A stretch of 63,041 bases of DNA from assembly GCA_023437755.1 (NCBI GenBank), contig JAEZFJ010000097.1, positions 1 through 63,041 of the forward strand, read 5' to 3'. The position numbers and the translations under genes were made by a program. The DNA is from Pseudomonadota bacterium (GTDB lineage Bacteria > Pseudomonadota > Alphaproteobacteria > Rhizobiales > Devosiaceae). Below are positions 1 to 9,450 of the stretch, one piece after another. The notes below the pieces were generated by a model. That model saw only the letters and a list, made by a program, of their open reading frames with translations, searched no databases and was not told the origin of the DNA. The stretch's first letter is position 1. Each line of letters starts with the position of its first letter.

Positions 1-2
1 GG

Positions 3-18
3 AGCAAGTTGTGTGCCA
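3..18 (-). promoter_or_regulatory. sigma-54 (-24/-12) promoter pointing out of the window to the left
   Basis: Reverse complement of 3-18 is TGGCACACAACTTGCT, an exact match to TGGCAC-N5-TTGCW. The target gene lies outside the window. Confidence 0.7.
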
Positions 19-30
19 TGGAAGATGAAG

Positions 31-106
31 GAGGCCTGCGTCCCTCGGTAGGGAGGCCTATCGGCAGGGAGGCTTGCGTCCCTCAGCAGGGAAGCCTCTC
101 GGCAGG
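31..106. repeat. two tandem 38-nt imperfect copies, each a bulged hairpin
   Basis: 31-68 gaggcctgcgtccctcggtagggaggcctatcggcagg vs 69-106 gaggcttgcgtccctcagcagggaagcctctcggcagg, with 5 differences. Confidence 0.8.
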
Positions 107-189
107 GTCAGAGAGGAATCGCAGTGGAGCATGGAACGGAGAGCTGCTCGTGACCACACAGCCTCCTTCGAAGAATAGCTTCTGGAAGG

Positions 190-211
190 GTAGGTCGGAA
201 TGTATTCCGAC
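190..211 (+). repeat. GTAG-type REP element
   Basis: gtaggtcggaatgtattccgac; near-identical copies at 6864-6885 (+) and 6370-6391 (-). Confidence 0.7.
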
Positions 212-429
212 GGGCAATGACTGCGCTTTCTGCGCTTCTTGAAAATCTGCGTGCACATCTGCGCATGATCCTGCCGAGAAACGCAGGCCGGCTGCCTTCA
301 ACGAAATGCACTTCTTGCACGTTCGCGCGCGCTGCATTGCGGTTAGTCGCTATTCGGTGTCGCGCCTAAGGCACTTAGCATCGCGCGTGCGGCGCACTGG
401 GCGTCAAGAAGAAGACTTGGGAGACATCG

Positions 430-555
430 ATGCATGGCGCTGCTTATCACACTCCAATGAAGATCGTGGGCTACATCGTTCTGTTGCTCATGGCCATCGC
501 GATTATTTATGCGGGCTACATCACGCTCACCCACTGGGCGGGCATTGGCGTGTGA
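430..555 (+). CDS. 41-aa single-TM peptide leading the nor operon (not in ORF track)
   Basis: GGGAG SD, then ATG430: MHGAAYHTPMKIVGYIVLLLMAIAIIYAGYITLTHWAGIGV*. Clean hydrophobic helix; stop is 17 nt before norC. Confidence 0.7.
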   Translation: MHGAAYHTPMKIVGYIVLLLMAIAIIYAGYITLTHWAGIGV

Positions 556-572
556 CGACCTAGGGCGCCATC

Positions 573-1439
573 ATGAACAAACGACAGAGCCGTATGTTTG
601 CGATCGCATGCACCGCGATCGCTGCACTCGTCTTCCTCGTGCTGACCGTCGACAGTCACCGTCAGTTCGGTCGACTGACGAACGCGGAGAACATCACGCC
701 TGCTGTTCGCGCAGGGCAAGATGTATGGCACGAGAACAACTGCATCAACTGTCATACATTGTTTGGAGAAGGTGCGTATTACGCGCCTGACCTGACGAAG
801 ATCACGCAGCTGCGGGGCGAACAGTATCTGCAAGCGTATATGCGCGATCCCGCGCGCTTCTACAACGAGCAGATTCATCGTCGGCTCATGCCCAAGCAGG
901 ACTTGAGCGATGAGGACATCACGAATCTGATCGCGTTTCTCGATTGGGTCAGCAAGGTCGATAACCAGGGTTGGCCGCCTCGGCCGATCCTCGTCGCGGG
1001 TGCTTCCATTCCCGGTACCGATCTCACGCCCGAACAGCAGGCACATCCCGCGCAGAGCGAATCACCGGGATTGCCGCCCGGTGCGCGGCCGGTGACGTCC
1101 GGTAACGATCCTGTCGCGTTGGGTCAGGCGCTGTTTCGCAGCGTCGCGCCCGCCTGTAACGCATGCCACTCGGTTGCGCCGGGTGTGAACATGGCGGGGC
1201 CCACGCTCTCGGGCGTCGGCTCGCGCGCGGAGGCGCTGCTGCAATCCGACGTGTATCAAGGTGAAGCCAAAGATATCGAAAGCTACTTGCGCGAGTCGAT
1301 CGTAAGTCCGAACGCCTACATCGTTCCGGGTCCGATGTACTCGGCGAACGGCCAATCGTTCATGCCGAATACTTACGCCGACGTATTGACGCCGGAGCAG
1401 CTCGACCATCTTGTCGCGTACCTAGCCACGCTGCGTTGA
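573..1439 (+). CDS. norC: nitric oxide reductase cytochrome c subunit, extended di-heme form
   Basis: N-terminal TM; NorC signature CINCHTLFGEGAYYAPDL ... RRLMP; second CNACH domain with distal SFMP; directly upstream of norB. Confidence 0.9.
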   Translation: MNKRQSRMFAIACTAIAALVFLVLTVDSHRQFGRLTNAENITPAVRAGQDVWHENNCINCHTLFGEGAYYAPDLTKITQLRGEQYLQAYMRDPARFYNEQIHRRLMPKQDLSDEDITNLIAFLDWVSKVDNQGWPPRPILVAGASIPGTDLTPEQQAHPAQSESPGLPPGARPVTSGNDPVALGQALFRSVAPACNACHSVAPGVNMAGPTLSGVGSRAEALLQSDVYQGEAKDIESYLRESIVSPNAYIVPGPMYSANGQSFMPNTYADVLTPEQLDHLVAYLATLR

Positions 1440-1470
1440 GCGCGCGCATCGATTTTCCGAGGGAGAACTC

Positions 1471-2853
1471 ATGAGATATCGCTCGCAGGCCGTCGCCTAC
1501 TGGTACTTCGCGGTCGCAATGGTGCTGTTTGGCCTTCAGCTCGTCTTCGGCCTGCTCTCTGCGTCGAAGTATCTCGGACCGGATCCGCTTCTTTATATTT
1601 TGCCGTTCGACGTGACGAAGGTGATCCACACTAATCTGCTGATCGTGTGGGTGCTCACCGGTTTCATGGGTGCGACGTACTGGCTCGTGCCCGACGAATC
1701 GCGCACCGAGCTGCACAGTGTCAAGCTCGCCTACATACAACTCGGATTGTGGGTCGTGATGGGCGTGACTGCGGTCATCGGCTATCTATTCCGCTACGGT
1801 ACGGGCAACAAGCTGCTCGAGCAGCCGCTGCCACACAAGATCGTGATCGTGATCGTCATGCTCATGTTTCTGTACAACGTCGGCATGACGATCAAGAAGT
1901 CCGGGCGCTTCACTACGACGGAGGGCGTCCTACTGCTCGGTGTTGCGGCTGCGGCGGTGTTATATCTTCCCGCGCTGCTACATTACGAGAATTACACCGT
2001 CTCGATCTTCTATCGCTGGTGGACGATTCATCTATGGGTGGAGGGCGTGTGGGAGATGATCCAAGCCGCCTTCCTCGCCTACTTGCTGATTCGCCTCTCC
2101 GGTGCGGACCGGGAGGTCATGGAGAAGTGGCTTTACGTCATCGTGGGTCTCGTGTTCTTCGCCGGCATTCTCGGGACCGCCCATCACTACTACTGGGTCG
2201 GAGTGCCCCAGTACTGGTTGCCGATCGGCGGATTCTTCAGCGCATTGGAGCCGCTCGCGCTCGTCGGCATGGCCATCTATGCATACATGGCATTTCGGCG
2301 TTCAGGATTGTCGCATCCGAATACGCTCGCGCTGCACTGGACTCTAGGCAGCGCGGTGTTCACGCTGTTCGGCGCTGGTTTGCTCGGGCTCGCGCACACT
2401 TGGCCGTCCGTGAACAAATGGACGCATGGAACGCTGATCACCGCCATGCACGGTCACGCCGCGTTCTACGGCGCATACGCGATGATCGTGCTCGCGATGA
2501 TCACGTATGCCTTGCCATCGATAACCCAACGCAACGAGCGCGGCACCGCGATCGGTTACTGGGCATTCTGGCTGCAGCTCTCGGGCATGTTCGGCATGAC
2601 GCTCTCCTTCGCGACGGCGGGCATTGGGCAGGTCTATCTCGAGCGCATCCTCGGTCTCGGGTATCTCGATACACAGCTCAAGATTCAAGTGCACTTCGTC
2701 ATGCTGATCGCGACGGCTTCGTTGTTCACTGTCGGCGTCGCGCTGTTCATCTATGACTTCTTCCGGCATGCGCCGAAGTTCGAGATCGTGGCCGATTCGG
2801 ACGGAACGCGAATCGACGTCCCTGCGACGCCGCGATCGGAGCGTTACGCGTGA
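1471..2853 (+). CDS. norB: cNOR catalytic subunit (heme-copper oxidase superfamily)
   Basis: IHTNLLIVW, HLWVEGVWE, GTAHHYYW, SALEP and HGHAAFYG motifs; 460-aa polytopic membrane protein. Confidence 0.95.
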   Translation: MRYRSQAVAYWYFAVAMVLFGLQLVFGLLSASKYLGPDPLLYILPFDVTKVIHTNLLIVWVLTGFMGATYWLVPDESRTELHSVKLAYIQLGLWVVMGVTAVIGYLFRYGTGNKLLEQPLPHKIVIVIVMLMFLYNVGMTIKKSGRFTTTEGVLLLGVAAAAVLYLPALLHYENYTVSIFYRWWTIHLWVEGVWEMIQAAFLAYLLIRLSGADREVMEKWLYVIVGLVFFAGILGTAHHYYWVGVPQYWLPIGGFFSALEPLALVGMAIYAYMAFRRSGLSHPNTLALHWTLGSAVFTLFGAGLLGLAHTWPSVNKWTHGTLITAMHGHAAFYGAYAMIVLAMITYALPSITQRNERGTAIGYWAFWLQLSGMFGMTLSFATAGIGQVYLERILGLGYLDTQLKIQVHFVMLIATASLFTVGVALFIYDFFRHAPKFEIVADSDGTRIDVPATPRSERYA

Positions 2854-2860
2854 ATGAGCG

Positions 2861-3682
2861 ATGAGCGCACAGCCTGATCGCCTCAGCTCGTATCGAGAAG
2901 CGCCGCGAAGCGAGCCGTTTTACTTGCCGCACGGCGATGAGATCGCGCTGTTCGAGCAGTGCCACGCGCGTCGCCTCGGTGTGATGCTCAAAGGACCCAC
3001 CGGATGCGGGAAGACGCGCTTCGTCGAGCACATGGCATGGCGTCTGCAAAGGCCGCTCGTGACGATCTCCTGTCATGACGATTTGGCCGCGAGCGATTTG
3101 ATCGGTCGTTTCCTGATTCGTCACGATGGCACGATGTGGCAGGACGGCCCTTTGACCCGCGCGGTGCGCGAAGGCGCGATCTGCTATCTCGATGAAGTCG
3201 TGGAGGCACGACAGGATACGGTCGTCGTGCTCCATCCGCTCACCGATCATCGGCGCATGCTGCCGATCGACAAGACAGGCGAGACGATCGAGGCGGCGCC
3301 AGGCTTTCAGCTCGTGATCTCGTACAACCCGGGCTATCAGCGCATGCTCAAGGACTTGAAGCCGAGCACGCGGCAACGCTTCGTTGCGCTCGAGTTCGAC
3401 TTCCCGAGCCCCGAGCGTGAGATGCAGATTCTCGTCCGTGAAAGCGGGATCGATGAGCCGACTGGACGCGCGCTCGTCACCTTGGCGCAGCGTCTGCGCG
3501 AGCTGCGCGACCGCGGCCTTGCTGAGGAGCCGAGCACGCGCTTGCTCGTCGCCGCAGCGTTGCTGATCGCGAGCGGCATCTCATTCAAGGACGCCTGTCG
3601 AGCCGCGATCGTCTCGCCGCTGTCCGACGATGTGACGCTCGTGGCCGCGATGTCCGATCTCATCGACGCAAGCATTCCCTGA
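2861..3682 (+). CDS. norQ: CbbQ/NirQ/NorQ AAA+ ATPase
   Basis: Walker A GPTGCGKT; CYLDEVVEAR; YNPGYQ; LKPSTRQRF. Confidence 0.95.
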   Translation: MSAQPDRLSSYREAPRSEPFYLPHGDEIALFEQCHARRLGVMLKGPTGCGKTRFVEHMAWRLQRPLVTISCHDDLAASDLIGRFLIRHDGTMWQDGPLTRAVREGAICYLDEVVEARQDTVVVLHPLTDHRRMLPIDKTGETIEAAPGFQLVISYNPGYQRMLKDLKPSTRQRFVALEFDFPSPEREMQILVRESGIDEPTGRALVTLAQRLRELRDRGLAEEPSTRLLVAAALLIASGISFKDACRAAIVSPLSDDVTLVAAMSDLIDASIP

Positions 3683-3723
3683 AAGAGCAGTCGCGGTGCA
3701 ATTCGTCTCCATGAGGTGAACGC

Positions 3724-5709
3724 TTGGCGGAAGCGGAAGATGTCCTCGTCGATGCGGCTCGGCATGCGACAGTGTTCGCGCAGCGACTCTGGCAACGTCA
3801 TGGACGCGCGACCGAGAGCGATGCCATCTTGCTCGTACAGGTCGCCGAGCGCTTGAACCTGTTGATGACGGCCGTCTTCGCCGTCTCGATCCCGATCAAA
3901 GTGGCGCAGCCTCCCGCGCCAATCACGTTTCTCACGCGTGTGTTTCGCCGCGAATCATTACCGAAGCCGCGCCTCTCGATTCCCGCGACGGATGGTGCGG
4001 CGATCTGGTTGCCCAGTCGTCTGGATGGGGAGCATGCCGTACGAGATTACCGCTGCATGGCGATGTTGCAGGCCATACGTGCCGCGCGCGGAAGCGTGCG
4101 TGGAGCGCTCGTTGCGGCGGACCGGGGCGTGCTCGATCTGTACCTGCTCGTGGAAGCGTGCAGTGCCGAGTGCGCATTGACGAATCTGTTGCCGGGTATG
4201 CGCCATGATCTCGCGGCGTTTCGCAACGCTGCGATAGCGAGCCGCCCGTCACCGCAGGAATTCGCAGTCTCGCGCCGCCCGTTGGAGAGCTTCGCGCGGG
4301 CGGCCATGGCGACGCCTGAGCAATGGTCGACTCTGTCCTGCAAAGAATCCATCTCGCGCGCGCAACAGATCGCGCTCGAGCTCGGTTTCACATCCCAACG
4401 CACTCCCGCGCTTTATCTCGATCGCTGGATTGGTGAGCTGAAGTTATCTTCGAGCGCGCAGGGCGTGGGCCCTTCGCGTGCGGGAGAGGCAGATGTGGAC
4501 GAACGGCCCGCTCGCTCGGCGCGATTGTCACGTCGCCCCGAGGTCCGCGAAGCCCGCGAGGATGAAGATGAGGGCGAACCTGGACCGTTCATGGTCCAAA
4601 CTGCGCAGCCGCAGGAGCACGCGGAAGATCCGATGGGTATGCAGCGTCCGGCCGATCGCGACGACAGCACGCCTGCAGATGAATTCGGAGATTCCTTGTC
4701 GGAGCTTCCGGAAGCGCGACTCGTGCGCTCGCCCGAGCCCGCGAAGGAAGTACTGCTCTCCGACGATGCGCCGCCGGCGGCCGCGAAGCCGCTCGTGCAC
4801 AGAGATGATGCACAGACGATGTTGTCCTATCCGGAGTGGGATTGGCGTTCAAACGCGTATCGCAGTCCAGGTGCCACCGTGCACTTGCTCGAAGCGGAAG
4901 GCGGGCCGCTCAGGTGGGTCGAAGACACGTTGAGCAAGCAGCGTACGCTGTGCGATTCGATTCGCCGCCACTTCGAGCAGCTGCGTGCACATCGCGTGCG
5001 GTTGCGTCGTCAGATCGAAGGCGATGAGATCGATCTGCAGGCGTATGTCGATGCGCGCACCGACTTTCGCGCGGGTCGCTCGATGTCGCAGGCCCTGTAT
5101 CAAACCACGCGGGCGCTGCGACGAGATCTCGCGGTCTCGCTACTCGTGGACGTGAGCGGTTCGACGGACGCGTGGGTGAACGCGCACCGACGCATCGTCG
5201 ATGTGGAGCGTGAAGCGCTGTTGTTCGTATGCATTGCACTCGAGGGTTTGCGCGAGCCGTATAACGTGCTCGCGTTCTCAGGCATCGGCCCGCGCGGCGT
5301 GACGATCCGGACGATCAAGCGATTCGATGAGCTATACGGCGAAACGGTCGCGCGCCGCATCGCTGCGCTCGAACCCGAACGCTACACGCGTGTCGGTGCC
5401 GCGATCCGGCACGCAAGCGCAGTGCTGATGCGGCAGCCTGCACGGCATCGATTGCTGGTGCTGCTCTCGGATGGCAAGCCGAACGATGAAGACGAATACG
5501 ATGGACGATATGGCATCGAGGATGCGCGTCAGGCGGTGCTCGAAGCCCGCATGCAAGGGATCAGCTCGTTTTGTCTGACCATCGATCGCCACGCCGCGTC
5601 TTATCTGCCGCACGTGTTCGGGGCAGGGCAGTACGCGCTGCTGGCGAAACCGGAGCTGCTGCCGCGAGTGTTACTCGAGTGGCTCAGGCGGCTGATCGGA
5701 TCCGGTTAG
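3724..5709 (+). CDS. norD: NorD VWA-domain activation protein
   Basis: YPEWD motif; MIDAS DVSGS; LLSDGKPND; TTG start after GAGG; follows norQ. Confidence 0.9.
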   Translation: MAEAEDVLVDAARHATVFAQRLWQRHGRATESDAILLVQVAERLNLLMTAVFAVSIPIKVAQPPAPITFLTRVFRRESLPKPRLSIPATDGAAIWLPSRLDGEHAVRDYRCMAMLQAIRAARGSVRGALVAADRGVLDLYLLVEACSAECALTNLLPGMRHDLAAFRNAAIASRPSPQEFAVSRRPLESFARAAMATPEQWSTLSCKESISRAQQIALELGFTSQRTPALYLDRWIGELKLSSSAQGVGPSRAGEADVDERPARSARLSRRPEVREAREDEDEGEPGPFMVQTAQPQEHAEDPMGMQRPADRDDSTPADEFGDSLSELPEARLVRSPEPAKEVLLSDDAPPAAAKPLVHRDDAQTMLSYPEWDWRSNAYRSPGATVHLLEAEGGPLRWVEDTLSKQRTLCDSIRRHFEQLRAHRVRLRRQIEGDEIDLQAYVDARTDFRAGRSMSQALYQTTRALRRDLAVSLLVDVSGSTDAWVNAHRRIVDVEREALLFVCIALEGLREPYNVLAFSGIGPRGVTIRTIKRFDELYGETVARRIAALEPERYTRVGAAIRHASAVLMRQPARHRLLVLLSDGKPNDEDEYDGRYGIEDARQAVLEARMQGISSFCLTIDRHAASYLPHVFGAGQYALLAKPELLPRVLLEWLRRLIGSG

Positions 5710-5955
5710 TTCCAGATCTTCGGAAGAGCGCGCTTCATCGTCTCGTCATTGCGCTCCACCTCACATCCATATCGCAGATGTGGCGATGTCGGTTCGCTAG
5801 CACGATTTCTCCTGGCGTCCATGTGCCGGTTCGTCACTGCGTCGGCCGCGCTCGACACTTCAAGCCCGTAGCCGTCTTCCGCGTGCGCATGCGCGCGCGC
5901 AGAATCCGTCGGATCGGATTTCCTCATGGTTAGGCAAGTTAGAGTCGCGGGGAGA

Positions 5956-6270
5956 ATGACAGTGATCCCGGAAATCATTCGCTACAAGATTCCGCTCGAT
6001 CAGGCCAGTGCTTTCACGAAGGCGTATGAAGATGCGGGCAAAGTCCTCAAAGACTCTCCGAACTGCCTCGGCTTCGAGCTCCTTCGCTCGGCAAAGGATC
6101 CGGAGTTGTTCCTCCTCACGATCCATTGGGATTCCGCCGAAGGACATCTGAGCGGCTTTCGCCGCTCATCACAATTTGCGAAGTTCTTCGCGCACATCAG
6201 ACCGTATGTCGGGAATATTTTGGAGATGGAGCACTATCATCCGACGGACGTGCGTTGGGAACGCGCGTGA
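5956..6270 (+). CDS. antibiotic biosynthesis monooxygenase (ABM) family protein
   Basis: EIIRY...CLGFEL...IHWDSAEGHLSGFRRS; GGGGAG SD before ATG5956. Confidence 0.8.
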   Translation: MTVIPEIIRYKIPLDQASAFTKAYEDAGKVLKDSPNCLGFELLRSAKDPELFLLTIHWDSAEGHLSGFRRSSQFAKFFAHIRPYVGNILEMEHYHPTDVRWERA

Positions 6271-6334
6271 TCGCAACCAGTAGACCCGCTTGGTTTCCTC
6301 ACCAGGTAAGCCTAGTGGCGTGACGCATCCGCTT

Positions 6335-6441
6335 GTAGGTCGGATTTCAAGACTCATGCGGGTTCTATTGTCGGAACAGATTCCGACCTACAGGGAGGTA
6401 GGGAAGCCCGCGTTGGAGGGAACATTCGCGGGCCGACCTAC
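6335..6441. repeat. cluster of GTAG-type REP elements
   Basis: gtaggtcgga (6335), gtcggaacagattccgacctac (6370-6391), and gtagggaagcccgcg...cgcgggccgacctac. Confidence 0.6.
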
Positions 6442-6681
6442 AGCTTCTTCTCTGGAGCCTGCCGCTCGGCCCGCCTGCCGAGGAACGAGGCCCACTTCTC
6501 AACTCTGATCATCGCACCTCGGAACACACGTGCTCGTACGTGGTCAGAAGACTTAAGCGACGGAAAACTGTGACTTGCTACCGTGTTTGAGATTCAGGAT
6601 TTGGCTTATGTAAGCGACATAGCGCTAGCCCAATACTGAGGTCCGACGAAGCGATGCTTAGCAGCATCTGGAGCGTGTGAA

Positions 6682-6867
6682 ATGAACCGGTACCCGACGA
6701 CGCAGTTGATGACGATCGAAGAGGCGCAGCGCCTGTCCGATCTACAAACGAGCCATGAAGAGAACGAGAAGCGCCGCCGCATATGGGCGTGGCAGAGCGT
6801 CGCCGGCGCGATGTCGCAGACCGTGAGCGACGAGACGCTCGACAAGATGGAATCTCTGCGCCTGTAG
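6682..6867 (+). CDS. small hypothetical protein (61 aa)
   Basis: GGAG SD; natural-looking charged sequence; stop codon overlaps a REP. Confidence 0.5.
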   Translation: MNRYPTTQLMTIEEAQRLSDLQTSHEENEKRRRIWAWQSVAGAMSQTVSDETLDKMESLRL

Positions 6868-6885
6868 GTCGGAATTCATTCCGAC
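6864..6885 (+). repeat. GTAG-type REP element
   Basis: gtaggtcggaattcattccgac, palindromic core. Confidence 0.7.
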
Positions 6886-7099
6886 AACTAGCGCGCAATG
6901 ACGAAGGCTCGCTTCGCGCAATGCGAGGCGAGCCGCTTCTTCTCTCCCTTCCTTCTTAGTTCAACTTCGATAAGCCCGTATGCGGGGCTTAGCCATTGAT
7001 CCTTCCGACCGGATGGTCGGATATAACCAGCATCTTCTTTCTCGCGCCGCTGGTATCAAGTGGCCCTGGACGTCCGGACCCGCTTATAGCCCTCTCTGC

Positions 7100-7561
7100 C
7101 TACTTGGCAATCTCCTTCAGCTTCTCGTGCGTCTCGTCCATCGGCGCGGGGGAGTGCTTCTTCTTGTTCGGTCTCACGACCCAGTGGCCGACCGGCGTTC
7201 GATTCACGCGGAAGTTCCAGGGTTCGAGGATCTCGCGTAAGAGCTCATCGATGCGAGTGCTCTGAGGCAGGCTGACGAGCGTCATGGAAGGCAGGAAATG
7301 CTGCTCCTTGTATTGGATGTTGAAGCCTTTCTCCCTGAGCCCTTCCAGAATCGCCATGATGGAGGTGCCTTCCCTGAAAAGCATCTCTGCAGCGGCTGGA
7401 TCGTTGACCGTCTGCAGCGTAGTCACCTCTATCATTGAGCGATCCACTAGAGCGGAGTGGGTCAAGCCGTCCATGCTCGCGGCGGGATCTTGGGCCCATA
7501 CGGATGAAGCAGTCGATACGAGCACCAAGGTTAAGAGTGCGTGTAGGTCCGATCGCAACAT
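7100..7561 (-). CDS. secreted hypothetical protein, possible STN-like domain
   Basis: Signal peptide ending VWA-Q; ...IDELLREILEPWNFRV...HWVV resembles the end of an STN domain. Confidence 0.6.
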   Translation of the reverse strand: MLRSDLHALLTLVLVSTASSVWAQDPAASMDGLTHSALVDRSMIEVTTLQTVNDPAAAEMLFREGTSIMAILEGLREKGFNIQYKEQHFLPSMTLVSLPQSTRIDELLREILEPWNFRVNRTPVGHWVVRPNKKKHSPAPMDETHEKLKEIAK

Positions 7562-7690
7562 AATGATTCTCCACGCCAGCTTCGAGGTTCATCTTACATC
7601 GCGCGCTCGAACGTGCAATACAGGCATTGTGCGAAGCCTGAGGGAGCGCATGGTTGCTCTTACGATTTCGTGGGGTAAATTCTGGGCCAC

Positions 7691-8545
7691 ATGGTGCAGC
7701 GCGCGAAGCGAACAAGACGCAGGAGGGGTAGGCGGCGTTCGGTCTGGAAGGGGCGACTCTCGAAGCTCCTGCCGAGTGCGACGACCCGACGGCGCTGGTG
7801 GCGTCGCTTTAAGAAGGCGCCGGGCAGCATCCAGCTCGTGATCGTCCTCGTGACGGTCGGCACGCTCTGGTTCGCTGTCAACGGGATCTACCAAGTCGTT
7901 CTCAAACCGACCGAGTTGTTCTTCCCCGTGAGCGGCACGTTGTACAAGGCTCCGGCGCAGACGTGGAGCTCATACGAACGCATCTTCCGCAAGCACGCGA
8001 CGAATACGATCACGCCAGAGTTTCTCGCGGCGCTCGCGCAGATCGAAGGATCGGGTAATCCGATCGTGCGCACGTACTGGCGATGGTCGTTCAATGCGCA
8101 TCCGTTGAAAGTCTATCGTCCGGCCTCGAGCGCCGTTGGCATGTACCAGATCACCGATGGCACCTTCGAAGAGGCGCGTCGCTACTGCATTCACGATCAT
8201 GTGGTGACCGAGGATGGGCCATGGAATGACTTCCAATCATGCTGGTTCAACAGCTGGTACATGCGCGTCATCCCCTCGCATGCTGTCGAGCTCACCTCCG
8301 CGTATCTAGATCGGCGCGTCGCACAGGCGCTTGCTCGCGCGCGCATCGTGAACGCGATGCGCGCACAGAAGCAGGATCTCGCGGCGGTGATTCATCTATG
8401 CGGCGCAGGAGCAGGGGAGCGTTATGCGCGTCGGGGCTTGAGGCTGCTGCCCGGTCAGCGCTGCGGCGATCACGATGTACGCCGCTATCTCCAAAAGGTG
8501 TCCGGTATGAGAGATGTGTTCGTGCGGATGGCGCGTGAAAAATGA
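7691..8545 (+). CDS. membrane-anchored SLT-like lytic transglycosylase
   Basis: TM segment; LAALAQIEGSGNP (catalytic Glu); SSAVGMYQITDGTF. Confidence 0.8.
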   Translation: MVQRAKRTRRRRGRRRSVWKGRLSKLLPSATTRRRWWRRFKKAPGSIQLVIVLVTVGTLWFAVNGIYQVVLKPTELFFPVSGTLYKAPAQTWSSYERIFRKHATNTITPEFLAALAQIEGSGNPIVRTYWRWSFNAHPLKVYRPASSAVGMYQITDGTFEEARRYCIHDHVVTEDGPWNDFQSCWFNSWYMRVIPSHAVELTSAYLDRRVAQALARARIVNAMRAQKQDLAAVIHLCGAGAGERYARRGLRLLPGQRCGDHDVRRYLQKVSGMRDVFVRMAREK

Positions 8546-8712
8546 GACATGCGCAATATGGCATTCGCTCTGCTTCTCGCCCGCCGCGTTCGCCGCGAGA
8601 GACTCTGCTTCAATCCCGCACGGCGAAGAGGAAGATCACTTCGACAAGGATGCACAGGATGAGCAAGCTGAATCGGAATAGGCGCACGACGCGATTGATT
8701 GCCTGCGCAACT

Positions 8713-9450
8713 TCAGCGGGCGAGTCGTTCGAGCGCTTGCAGTTCCTCTTGATCGAGCTCGCGCCACGCGCCTTTCGGTAGATCGCCAAGCGCGAGCGGC
8801 CCGATCGCGACTCGTACGAGCCGCAGCACGTCGTGACCGAGCGCGGCGATCAGGCGCCTGATGTGACGATTGCGTCCTTCCTCAAGGACGATCTCGAGCC
8901 ATGCGTTCTTCTCGCCCTGTCGAAGGATGCTCACGGCAGAAACGCTCAAATGATCGCCGCGATCTTCGACTCCGCGCAGCATCGCCTGGAGCGTTCCGTC
9001 GCTCGGCAGGCCGGCAACCTGCACATGATAGGTCTTGGGGATGTGCCGCTCGGGATCCGTGATGCGAGCTGCCCATTGCGGGTCATTGCTGAGCAGCAGC
9101 AGCCCTTCGCTCGCTTTGTCCAATCGTCCAACCGGCGCAAGCCACGGAAGCTTTGCAGCTTTCATGAGGTCGTAGACCGTGTCGCGTCCGCGCTCATCGG
9201 CTGCGCTTACGACGACGCCGCGCGGCTTATTCAGCGCAAGATACCGCCGTCGCTGTTGCTCGATGTCGATGCCGTCAACTGCGATTCGCTCCGTAAGCGG
9301 ATTCGTAGATCGCTCGGGATCGAGCTGTACCTTTCCATCTACGCTCACGCGTCCTTCCCGGACGAGCTCTGCGGCTCGAGTGCGCGAACAAATGCCGAGC
9401 TTCGATAGCGTGCGTGCGAGACCGTGGCTTCGCTGTATTCGGGCGCTCAC
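8713..9450 (-). CDS. RsuA/RluB-family pseudouridine synthase with S4 domain
   Basis: SRTRAAELVREGRV; LNKPRG; GRLDKASEGLLL; EGRNRHIRR. Confidence 0.93.
   Translation of the reverse strand: MSARIQRSHGLARTLSKLGICSRTRAAELVREGRVSVDGKVQLDPERSTNPLTERIAVDGIDIEQQRRRYLALNKPRGVVVSAADERGRDTVYDLMKAAKLPWLAPVGRLDKASEGLLLLSNDPQWAARITDPERHIPKTYHVQVAGLPSDGTLQAMLRGVEDRGDHLSVSAVSILRQGEKNAWLEIVLEEGRNRHIRRLIAALGHDVLRLVRVAIGPLALGDLPKGAWRELDQEELQALERLAR

Noticed and set aside
31..106. c-di-GMP-I riboswitch (minus strand contains GGGACGCAAGCCTCC)
   Set aside because: It lacks the GGCAAA entry, the GNRA tetraloop and the receptor stem, and it lies upstream of the sigma-54 promoter rather than in its transcript.
31..106. 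CRISPR array
   Set aside because: Only two directly adjacent units, no spacers, and no cas genes in the window.
240..430. FNR/NnrR box or sigma-54 promoter for the nor operon
   Set aside because: No TTGAT-N4-ATCAA match; aggcacttagcatcgc has the wrong GG-N10-GC spacing.
5706..5927. 73-aa minus-strand ORF between norD and the ABM gene
   Set aside because: No motif and no clear SD; cannot be supported without a homology search.
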